Origin: a virus
Taxonomy: Duplodnaviria > Caudoviricetes
Length of the DNA: 26,897 nt
Virus record (IMG/VR): IMGVR_UViG_3300047403_000130
Coordinates: 1 to 26,897 of that record
Reading direction: 5' to 3' (one strand)
Shown here: one piece after another, positions 1 through 7,355 of the stretch
Numbering within the stretch: position 1 is the first letter of the stretch
Layout of the letters: every line of letters starts with the position of its first letter
Notes under the pieces: generated by a model
What the model saw: the letters and a program-made list of their open reading frames with translations, nothing else
Databases searched by the model: none
Told to the model about the DNA's origin: nothing
Position numbers and translations under genes: made by a program

Positions 1-85
1 GGCGCTTGGGCGGCGCTGGCGCTTCAGTCGTTTCGGGTGGCTTGGGCTTCACCATTCCGTGGGCTTTGACGAAGGGCTCTTTCAT
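1..85 (-). CDS. Partial hypothetical protein downstream of major capsid (MKEPFVKAHGMVKPKPPETTEAPAPPKR..., runs off window)
   Basis: ATG at 85 lies 7 nt downstream of a sigma70-like -10 box; frame is open to the window edge. Confidence 0.45.
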   Translation of the reverse strand, partial: MKEPFVKAHGMVKPKPPETTEAPAPPKR

Positions 86-92
86 GCAACGC

Positions 93-121
93 ATTCTCTA
101 CGCTATCGCCCGCAACGTCAA
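93..121 (-). promoter_or_regulatory. Putative sigma70-type promoter (probably leaderless transcript)
   Basis: Minus strand TTGACG-17 nt-GAGAAT, then 7 nt to ATG. Confidence 0.5.
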
Positions 122-165
122 TGGAAATGAAGCCGCCCCGGAGGTTGCCTAAGCCTCCGGGGCGG
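122..165 (-). terminator. Intrinsic terminator after major capsid gene
   Basis: 12-bp stem CCGCCCCGGAGG/CCTCCGGGGCGG (133-144/154-165), followed on the minus strand by CTTCATTTCC, just past the capsid stop. Confidence 0.7.
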
Positions 166-193
166 GGGTATCCGCGCGAGTGTCGTCGGGAGA

Positions 194-1159
194 CTACGAG
201 GTCGCGCTGGCGATGCGGACGTAGCGAGCGCCGGCGGCCGTCAGCACCTTCGCGCCGAACATGCCCTTCCAGCCGACCTGCGCGCGCTGGTGCAGGGGGT
301 CGCTGCCACCGCCGGGGGCGGTGAAGTAGGTCTGGATGGACTGGAGGTCCCCGAAGGCCCACGCCTCGGGACCGTAGATGTAGGTGCCGCACAGGTCGAT
401 GCTGCCCGTGCCCTGGTCCTCGATGAGCGGCAGCGCCGCCGACTCGATGAACCGGACGCCAGCGTACCGGCCCAGCTCGCCCATCAGGAGCGGGCGGTTG
501 TCCGTGTACTTGTTGGCGTCGATCCACCCACCGGCAGCCGTGTCGGCCATCAGGCCGTACACCGCCTCCGGGCGGATGTGACAGTGGTAGTAGCCGTCCC
601 CGAAGGTCGGCACCTTCGCCACCTTCAGGGCCTTGACCGCCTGCTTGATGTCGTCGCCGTCGAGGAGGTCGCCAGTGGCGACGCCGGACAGCGCGTTGTT
701 GCTCGTGCCGGAGTAGATGGTCGTGATCGGGGTCCCGGCCGCGATCGTGTTGCCGAGGTACAGGTTGACCGTCTCGGCCGCGTGCCGGCTGATCTTCTCC
801 GACGCGATGCGGATGAGGTCGTGCGGCGACTGGGCGAGAGCCACGTCGGTCAGGCCGACGAGGATGCCCGCCTGGTAGGGGGTCATGTCGTCGTAGCCGA
901 TGTCCAGGTCCTCGACATCCGGCGTGACGCCCTCGGTCAGCCACGGGCGGGTGCCCGGCGTCGGCGTGCCGACGGAGACGGACAGGTCCGCGTAGCGCGG
1001 GAACCGGATGACGTTCTTGCCGGCGTCGTAGTTGGCCGGAACCACGTCCTGCATGAGCGTGAGGTTGGCCCGCAGCTCGGCGAGAAGCTGCTGGCGGATC
1101 AGCTCCTGGACGGTCTTGTCGAAGTTGGTCGTGGACGTGTCGAAGTAGACATCGGGCAC
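194..1159 (-). CDS. Major capsid protein, N4-gp56-like family
   Basis: 321 aa; LTEGVTP, ELGRYAGVRFIES and DPLHQRAQVGWK motifs typical of this family; follows scaffold. Confidence 0.88.
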   Translation of the reverse strand: MPDVYFDTSTTNFDKTVQELIRQQLLAELRANLTLMQDVVPANYDAGKNVIRFPRYADLSVSVGTPTPGTRPWLTEGVTPDVEDLDIGYDDMTPYQAGILVGLTDVALAQSPHDLIRIASEKISRHAAETVNLYLGNTIAAGTPITTIYSGTSNNALSGVATGDLLDGDDIKQAVKALKVAKVPTFGDGYYHCHIRPEAVYGLMADTAAGGWIDANKYTDNRPLLMGELGRYAGVRFIESAALPLIEDQGTGSIDLCGTYIYGPEAWAFGDLQSIQTYFTAPGGGSDPLHQRAQVGWKGMFGAKVLTAAGARYVRIASATS

Positions 1160-1182
1160 CGGGGTATCCCTTTCAGGTTACG

Positions 1183-1755
1183 TCAGTTGGAGCCCAGCCG
1201 ACGCCACGAGTCGGGAACCGGGACGCTGGCCTTGAACCGCTCCCAGCCCGCCGCAGGTGTCTCGTCTGCTGGCTTGGCCGCTGATGCATCCCTCGGGGCG
1301 CGCATGGAACGGAGGTCGTCGGTCGGGGCCTCTGCCTTGGCCGGGGCCGGAGCGTCGCTGTACAGCGCCTCCAGTTCCGCCAGCCGCACCTCGTCCGTGA
1401 TCTCAGGGAACCGCGTCCTCGCCTTCGGGAACACGCGGTCGAGATACTTGGCCGTGGCCTTCGCTTCGGCTTCGTTTGCCCGACGCTCTGCCGCTTCGAG
1501 ATTGGCCTGGAGCTTCGCCGTCTCCGAGAGGCTGGCGTCCTGCGTCTCGCGCTCGACCTGGCGAAGTACCGCCAGTTCCTTGCGAGCCTCAGCCAGCTCC
1601 TTCTCGGCAGCCGCGCGAGCTGCATCCGCACCCGCCTGCCGCTTCCGCCAAGTGGCCTCCACGTCCTCTGGCGTGGGCTGCGCCGCAGGGATCGCTTCGG
1701 ATGCCTGCTCGCTCACCGGCGCTTCGAGGTTCGTGTCCGCGACTTGATCTGTCAT
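1183..1755 (-). CDS. Capsid scaffolding protein
   Basis: 190 aa, acidic/Ala-rich coiled coil, directly upstream of capsid gene; GGAGA RBS. Confidence 0.72.
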   Translation of the reverse strand: MTDQVADTNLEAPVSEQASEAIPAAQPTPEDVEATWRKRQAGADAARAAAEKELAEARKELAVLRQVERETQDASLSETAKLQANLEAAERRANEAEAKATAKYLDRVFPKARTRFPEITDEVRLAELEALYSDAPAPAKAEAPTDDLRSMRAPRDASAAKPADETPAAGWERFKASVPVPDSWRRLGSN

Positions 1756-1764
1756 CGTTTCTCC

Positions 1765-1793
1765 ACACTACAGGTTGTTGCGTTATTACGCAA
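1765..1793 (-). promoter_or_regulatory. Putative promoter for scaffold/capsid with overlapping inverted repeat
   Basis: Minus strand TTGCGT-17 nt-TAGTGT; inverted repeat with TTGCGT/ACGCAA arms at 1778-1793. Confidence 0.45.
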
Positions 1794-1802
1794 GTACGAA
1801 AG

Positions 1803-4800
1803 TTACTTGCCGCTCAACGCCTTGGTCAACTGGTCCAGCGCAGAAGTCGTGACCTGCTGGAGTTGGGTTTCCATCGGCATCACGAGGTTGTCCTTCGTGC
1901 CGCCGACGGTAACAGGGCCGACAGACACCTGCGGGCCGCCTCGCTGCTTCTGCTCCTTCGGCGTGCCGGTCACGAAGTCGCCAATGTCCTTCAGCGTGCC
2001 GCCGATCTTCGCCAAGTCGGCCGGGATCGGGGACAGGTAGTTGGCAACGGCATCTGGAGCTGCCTTCAGGTCGATGTTGACCGGCGCAAGGCCAGCCTGC
2101 CGACGCTGCATGTTCTGGTAGCCCTGGTCGGAAATGGCCCGCATCCACTGGGGCGCGACCGCCGGCAGGTCCCACGGGACGGCAGGGAGCATGTACGACA
2201 CCAGCAGCGCCGCTTGGCTCCGGCCAAGGTCGTTCATCATCTGGTCGAACTTCGGGTCCATCTCGCGCTGCATGGCGATCGAGTTGTAGGCGTCGTTGAT
2301 CGTGTACGTCAGCGCCCCGGTTCGCAGGCCGAACGGCTCCTTCGCCACGAACCGGATCATCTCCGGCAGCATCTTGCCCCACATGTAGGAGGCCGGATAC
2401 AGGCCGAAGAACGGGTGGTTGACGCTCCGCTCGAACATCGTGCGGACACGGGCGAAGTAGTGGGTCCGGTAGGCGTCCTGCTCCAGCGACTTCAGCCGCT
2501 CCACGACAGCCGTCCAGACCAACTCCTGCGTGAAGTTGTGGGGCGTTCCCGGCAACAGGTCCTTCGCCTGCGCCATGAACGCCCGGAACTCGGGGCTGCC
2601 AGCCCGCAGGACGCCGGAGTCGTCAATGGTCTTCGCCATGAACGAGAGGGCACGGTAGACATCGGGGTCGGTGACGGCTGTCGTCGTATCGACACCCTGC
2701 TTCGCCAACCGTTCCTTCTGCCAGTTCGCCAGCCCGGCGGCGTCGTCCGGCAAGGGGAGATCCTTGATCGCGTCGTACCAGCCGGCCTTCTTGGCAACCG
2801 GCGTCGGCAACGCCGGGAGGCTGCCGACATCCTTGCGAACGGCCCGCAAAAGCATCCTGTTCCGATGCTGCGGAACACCGTAGTCGGCAGCATCGAAGAC
2901 GTGAATGTCCCACTGGTACCCGACTGCGTCGAGCTGGTCCGTGATGATCTTCAAGGCGTCGCTGCCCTGGTAGCGGGGCACGTTCTCGACCGTGACGACC
3001 TTCGGATTGATCTCACGGATCGCGCGAGCGGTCGCATCGGCCGTCAGGCGATCCAGTTCCACCTCACCGGCCTGCGCCTTCGCGCCGGAGAAGTTCTTGC
3101 AGACCGGGCTGGCATGCAGATATTCGGCGTCCGCCCACTGCCCAAAGTTCACGTCCTGCACGTCGCCAACGACCACGCGAGGACCGTGGTTGAGCTTGTA
3201 GACCTCTGCGATAGCCGGGTTCTTCTCGACCGCGCCGATGAAATCCACCTTCGGGATGCCGACCTCGGCGAGCCCGCCGCCGGAGAACAGGGTCACGCCC
3301 TTGGGCCGTGGGCCGAGCAACGCCGTCAGCGGGTCGGTGAACGCCTGCATCAACTTCGGCGGCACACCGTTACCGATGATCGTCCTGGCCAGAGCCTCGT
3401 TCTGGGGCAGGACATAAGAGTCCGGCACACTCTGGAGACGGGCCAGGGCACGGGCATAGAGCCGCTTCACCTTGCCGCCGATGATCGCCCGAACCGGCTC
3501 ACCAGGCGTCGCCTTGATCGTGAACGACGGCTCGTTCATCGGGGCCATTGGAATGTTGCCGCTGCTGGCCGACCCCCCAGACACCAGCAACGGCTCCTGC
3601 GCACCACCCAACATCGCCTTCATCTGCTGGGCCAGTTCCTTGTCCGACAGGTGCGCGATAGCGTCCTTGCCGGACTGGTCCAGGTGAGCGCGGGCGGCGC
3701 GGCTCATCTCCTCCAGCAGCGTGTCGATCTGGGACGGAACGGCCCCGGCCGACCCGGATCGGCGCAGGCCCTTCACCGCCCGCAGGAAGTTCACGCCGTC
3801 GGCCACCTCCTGCGCGCCAGCAAGGCCCGCCTTCGTGACCATTTTGACCTGCGGCGCGAAGACGCCGGACAGGTACTCGTTCGGGCTCATGCCGCGGGCG
3901 CGGGCGTTGGACTCGAAGATCGACTTCACGCCCCGGAACTCGTCGGCCGTCAGGTGGTAGGCGTCGCGGACATCGCGCCAGAACTGGGGCTCGTCAAACT
4001 CCAGCGCCAGCTTCGCCCGGCGGATGTACTCGGGGCTGGCGTTGCGGGCAGCCAACTGCTCCTCGATCTGGCCCCACGACGCGTTCTTCAGCCGGACGGC
4101 CTCGCGCATGGAGTCAAACGAGTCCCAGCCGCCGACGGTGTAAGCGAGGTGCTTCAGGTTGAGCGGCTGCGCTGCACCGAACCCTTCCGGCTTCCAGAGC
4201 GCGTGGTCCGCGATCAGGGCCTCGTAGTTGTTGATGGACTCCTTGCTGACCTGGTTCGCCAGCGTGTTGTCCATCTGCTCGGACAGGTACTTGACGGCCA
4301 ACTCATTGTCGTCAGCGATGCCGTAGTGCTTCTTCATCGCCAGCCAGAAGTCCTCGCCCGTGATCTCGCGGAGGTTCTTGCCGAGCGTGCTTCCCCACTG
4401 GCGCAGGTAGTTGATCCGCTTGATGCGGGCGATGCCGCGCGCACCGCCGACGGTATCGAGCGCGAGGCTGGCCGCCGAGTTCGGCAGGCCGTCCAGCGTC
4501 TCGGCCACCATCCTGCCCTGATACGCGAAGGCCGACCGCTCGGCCATGTCGAAGTCCGTCATGCCGATGACCTTGGAGTTGACCAGGTTCTCCCAGATGC
4601 GGGCGAGCTTCTGATCCTCCGCCGTCATCGCGCCGCGAATGAACGGCTTGACGCCACGCTGGCCGGACAAGATCCATCCTTCCATCGCTTCCTGCGCCTG
4701 GAACATCGGGTGGAAGGTGAAGCGCAGGAGCTGGTAGAAGTGCTCGCTGAACTGGCCGGCGAAGTTCCCGCCAGCGAGGTCACGCAGCATGGGCGAGTCG

Positions 4801-7355
4801 GCCATCATCGTCTTCAGGCGGCCGGTGAACTTCTGGGTCAGGCCGACCAGCCGGAGGTCGCCTTCATAGGCCCTCAGGACCAGCAGGCCGAGGTCGCGGG
4901 GCGTCATCACGAGCTGGTTCGGCAGCCGCGCCGCGCCCGCTTGAAGCCGGACCGGCAGCAGGCTCGCGTCACGGGAGAACCCACCGATGGCGTTCCACAT
5001 ATCGGTGAACGACAGGGACCGGGTGGTGCGAGCACCCTGCTCCGCCACCTGCTCGATCTTCGTCAGGATCGTGTTGGCCTCGTCAGCCGTCAGCCCGAAC
5101 TCGCTCGCGCCGATCGACTTGAAGCGAACGTGGGCGTTGGCCTTGATGGTCGCGCCGGAGACGCCCTGCCGGATCGTCTTCAGGGTAGCGTCGATCCAGT
5201 CCAGCCCCCGCTGGACCTTGCCGTCCAGCACGTCGGCCATCCCGGCGATGTTGCGCGGCAGAACGAACCCCGGCTGGTACAGCCACGGGGCGTCACCGAC
5301 GACGTGGCCGACCCACGGGTTGACGCCAGCAAGGTTGCCCTCGGCGTCGAAGACCGGCCGACCGAGACTTTCGTCGGCAGGCCGGAAGGCCAGCTTCCAG
5401 CCGGGATGCTCGGTCGTCCACTGGACGAGTTCCGGGTACTTGGCGATCTCGTCGTCGCGCATGATCCGGTACAGGTCGTTGTGGTCGATCATGTCCTGAA
5501 GCCGCGTCAGCGCCCGCTCGATGCTGGCCTCCATGCGGGCCGGGTCGAAGCGCAGCATCGCGGGCAGGTTGTCGTACTGGTCCATCGCGTTCTTGATAAC
5601 GGCGAACTTGTCGCCCGGCGTCTTCGCTGCCTTGATCGCCTTCAGGAGCGCGCCGGCCCCGAGTTCATCGAGGTTGCGCGGGTTGCCGATCACGAGCCGG
5701 GCCAGCTCGGCGGTGTCGGCCTGCTGCGCGATGGTCGGGATGAGGCGCATGAGGCTGTTGTCGGCAGCGTTATAGGTCGCCATGTGCAGCAGGCTCCGGC
5801 CGGCGTCATCCATCTGGTTGATGATCGCCTGCCAGTGAGCCTCGTCCTGACCGTAGACGCTGACCATTCGCTTCGCCAGATCGACCGGATCGACGTTCCG
5901 TTCAAACACCCGAGTCGCCCGCGTGAGAAGCGACTGGAACATCGTGTTCGGCATCTCGGTCATGGTCTTGTCCACGGCCGCACGGGCGTACCCGCCAATG
6001 TCCTCGATCGGCACGGCCTCGCCACCGAGCGGCCGGAAGATGCCGTCGATCCCCTGCCCGACAATGTGCTCGCGGGTGATGTTGTTGTCGATGCCCCACG
6101 CCAAGTTGTCGCGGATCTGCTGGGCCACGTCCGGCATCTGCTCGTCCACGAGCCGGAAGAACCGCTGCGTGGCGTGGATGCCGACGGCGGTCCCAAGGAT
6201 CTCTTCGCGGGCCGCCGTGCTGGTGGCGTCAACGACCTTGGAGCCGAGCGGCGTCCCGCCACCGAGCGCGGAAAGGGGGTCGATCGCGGTACGGATGCCC
6301 TTGAAGATCGGGCCGAGTTCCGACCGCTGGGCGGCCAGCGCCACCTGCCCGATCTTGCTGGCCTCGACGCCAGCCTCGGCGACCTTCGCCGCCGTGACAC
6401 CGGCCTTCGCCAGCCCGGCCGCGCCGAAACTGGCCCACGTCAGCGGGTCCAGCAGGATCTCGCCCAGCAGGTTCGACGCGCCTTCGTGGCCGTAGCCAGC
6501 GGCGTGCGACGAGAGATAGTCGAGGGCCTGCTGCTCGCTCCAGCCGCCGCTGCCATAGCCCTTGACGACGGCCGCCTCGGTCGGGTTCAACTTCGTTGGA
6601 TCGGTCTGGGCCTGCTTCATCACCTCGGCCAGCCGGTTCAGGCCGTTGGTCGGTCCGGCCATGCCGGCGATGCCACGCTCAACGTACCGGCCGGGGATGC
6701 TCAGTCCCTGGACGACCTGCACCAGCAGGCCGCCGAGCGAGCCGCCGAGGGCGCTGTACTCTGGGAACAGGCCACCCGTTCCGGCCTGCTCCTGGACCTT
6801 CCTGATGTAGTCATACTTCATGTTCGCGCCGTACAGCACGTCGGCGTTGGCGAGTTTCGCCACCGCCTGCTTCTCCGGCGTGTCCGGCATCCGGTCGAAC
6901 ATGCCGTCCACGCCGACGCCCGGCAGCCAGCCGAGAGGGATGCGGGACAGCGCCCCCTCCGCCAGCCCGAATGCACCACTGGCCGCGCCGGAAACGGCCC
7001 CCGACACTTGGCTGACGACCGGGGCTTGCGTAGTCAGCCACCGGACGGCATCGCCCAGCGGCGCACCGACCAGCGGAACGGAGTTGATGAGGCCGGTCTT
7101 CTGCCCGAACAGGGCGTCACCGATCCCGGCGATCAGGCCACCGAGGGCGTTGGAGTTCTGCTGGACCGAACTGTACGCGCCACCCGGCCCGCTGACGTTC
7201 AGGTTGAAGCGGCCGGTGTTCGGGTTCTGGTCGATGTTGTCAGCGGGCGCGGTCGAACCGATGCCGGAAGGCTGCGTCGGGGCCGAGTCCCACCAGTTGA
7301 GGCTGGTCGCCGTCGGCCCGCTGGTAGCCGGTCCGCTCGTGTAGTCGGACGGCAT
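1803..7355 (-). CDS. Large putative internal virion/DNA-ejection (polyvalent) protein with embedded circularly permuted C5-cytosine DNA methyltransferase domain
   Basis: 1850 aa in head operon, translationally coupled (TGATG) to the upstream gene; Gly/Ala-rich N-terminus with DPLTW motif; C5-MTase motifs at about 2700-3600. Confidence 0.8.
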   Translation of the reverse strand: MPSDYTSGPATSGPTATSLNWWDSAPTQPSGIGSTAPADNIDQNPNTGRFNLNVSGPGGAYSSVQQNSNALGGLIAGIGDALFGQKTGLINSVPLVGAPLGDAVRWLTTQAPVVSQVSGAVSGAASGAFGLAEGALSRIPLGWLPGVGVDGMFDRMPDTPEKQAVAKLANADVLYGANMKYDYIRKVQEQAGTGGLFPEYSALGGSLGGLLVQVVQGLSIPGRYVERGIAGMAGPTNGLNRLAEVMKQAQTDPTKLNPTEAAVVKGYGSGGWSEQQALDYLSSHAAGYGHEGASNLLGEILLDPLTWASFGAAGLAKAGVTAAKVAEAGVEASKIGQVALAAQRSELGPIFKGIRTAIDPLSALGGGTPLGSKVVDATSTAAREEILGTAVGIHATQRFFRLVDEQMPDVAQQIRDNLAWGIDNNITREHIVGQGIDGIFRPLGGEAVPIEDIGGYARAAVDKTMTEMPNTMFQSLLTRATRVFERNVDPVDLAKRMVSVYGQDEAHWQAIINQMDDAGRSLLHMATYNAADNSLMRLIPTIAQQADTAELARLVIGNPRNLDELGAGALLKAIKAAKTPGDKFAVIKNAMDQYDNLPAMLRFDPARMEASIERALTRLQDMIDHNDLYRIMRDDEIAKYPELVQWTTEHPGWKLAFRPADESLGRPVFDAEGNLAGVNPWVGHVVGDAPWLYQPGFVLPRNIAGMADVLDGKVQRGLDWIDATLKTIRQGVSGATIKANAHVRFKSIGASEFGLTADEANTILTKIEQVAEQGARTTRSLSFTDMWNAIGGFSRDASLLPVRLQAGAARLPNQLVMTPRDLGLLVLRAYEGDLRLVGLTQKFTGRLKTMMADSPMLRDLAGGNFAGQFSEHFYQLLRFTFHPMFQAQEAMEGWILSGQRGVKPFIRGAMTAEDQKLARIWENLVNSKVIGMTDFDMAERSAFAYQGRMVAETLDGLPNSAASLALDTVGGARGIARIKRINYLRQWGSTLGKNLREITGEDFWLAMKKHYGIADDNELAVKYLSEQMDNTLANQVSKESINNYEALIADHALWKPEGFGAAQPLNLKHLAYTVGGWDSFDSMREAVRLKNASWGQIEEQLAARNASPEYIRRAKLALEFDEPQFWRDVRDAYHLTADEFRGVKSIFESNARARGMSPNEYLSGVFAPQVKMVTKAGLAGAQEVADGVNFLRAVKGLRRSGSAGAVPSQIDTLLEEMSRAARAHLDQSGKDAIAHLSDKELAQQMKAMLGGAQEPLLVSGGSASSGNIPMAPMNEPSFTIKATPGEPVRAIIGGKVKRLYARALARLQSVPDSYVLPQNEALARTIIGNGVPPKLMQAFTDPLTALLGPRPKGVTLFSGGGLAEVGIPKVDFIGAVEKNPAIAEVYKLNHGPRVVVGDVQDVNFGQWADAEYLHASPVCKNFSGAKAQAGEVELDRLTADATARAIREINPKVVTVENVPRYQGSDALKIITDQLDAVGYQWDIHVFDAADYGVPQHRNRMLLRAVRKDVGSLPALPTPVAKKAGWYDAIKDLPLPDDAAGLANWQKERLAKQGVDTTTAVTDPDVYRALSFMAKTIDDSGVLRAGSPEFRAFMAQAKDLLPGTPHNFTQELVWTAVVERLKSLEQDAYRTHYFARVRTMFERSVNHPFFGLYPASYMWGKMLPEMIRFVAKEPFGLRTGALTYTINDAYNSIAMQREMDPKFDQMMNDLGRSQAALLVSYMLPAVPWDLPAVAPQWMRAISDQGYQNMQRRQAGLAPVNIDLKAAPDAVANYLSPIPADLAKIGGTLKDIGDFVTGTPKEQKQRGGPQVSVGPVTVGGTKDNLVMPMETQLQQVTTSALDQLTKALSGK
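2700..3600 (-). other. C5-cytosine DNA methyltransferase domain, permuted order TRD-IX-X-I-II-III-IV-VI-VIII
   Basis: RLYARALARLQSVPDSY (IX), IIGNGVPP (X), LFSGGG (I), AVEKN (II), GDVQDV (III), ASPVCKNFS (IV), VENV (VI), DAADYGVPQHRNR (VIII). Confidence 0.88.

Noticed and set aside
1803-7355. Tape-measure protein or virion RNA polymerase call for the 1850-aa protein
   Set aside because: No periodic tape-measure repeats or tail-chaperone context, and no recognisable polymerase catalytic motifs
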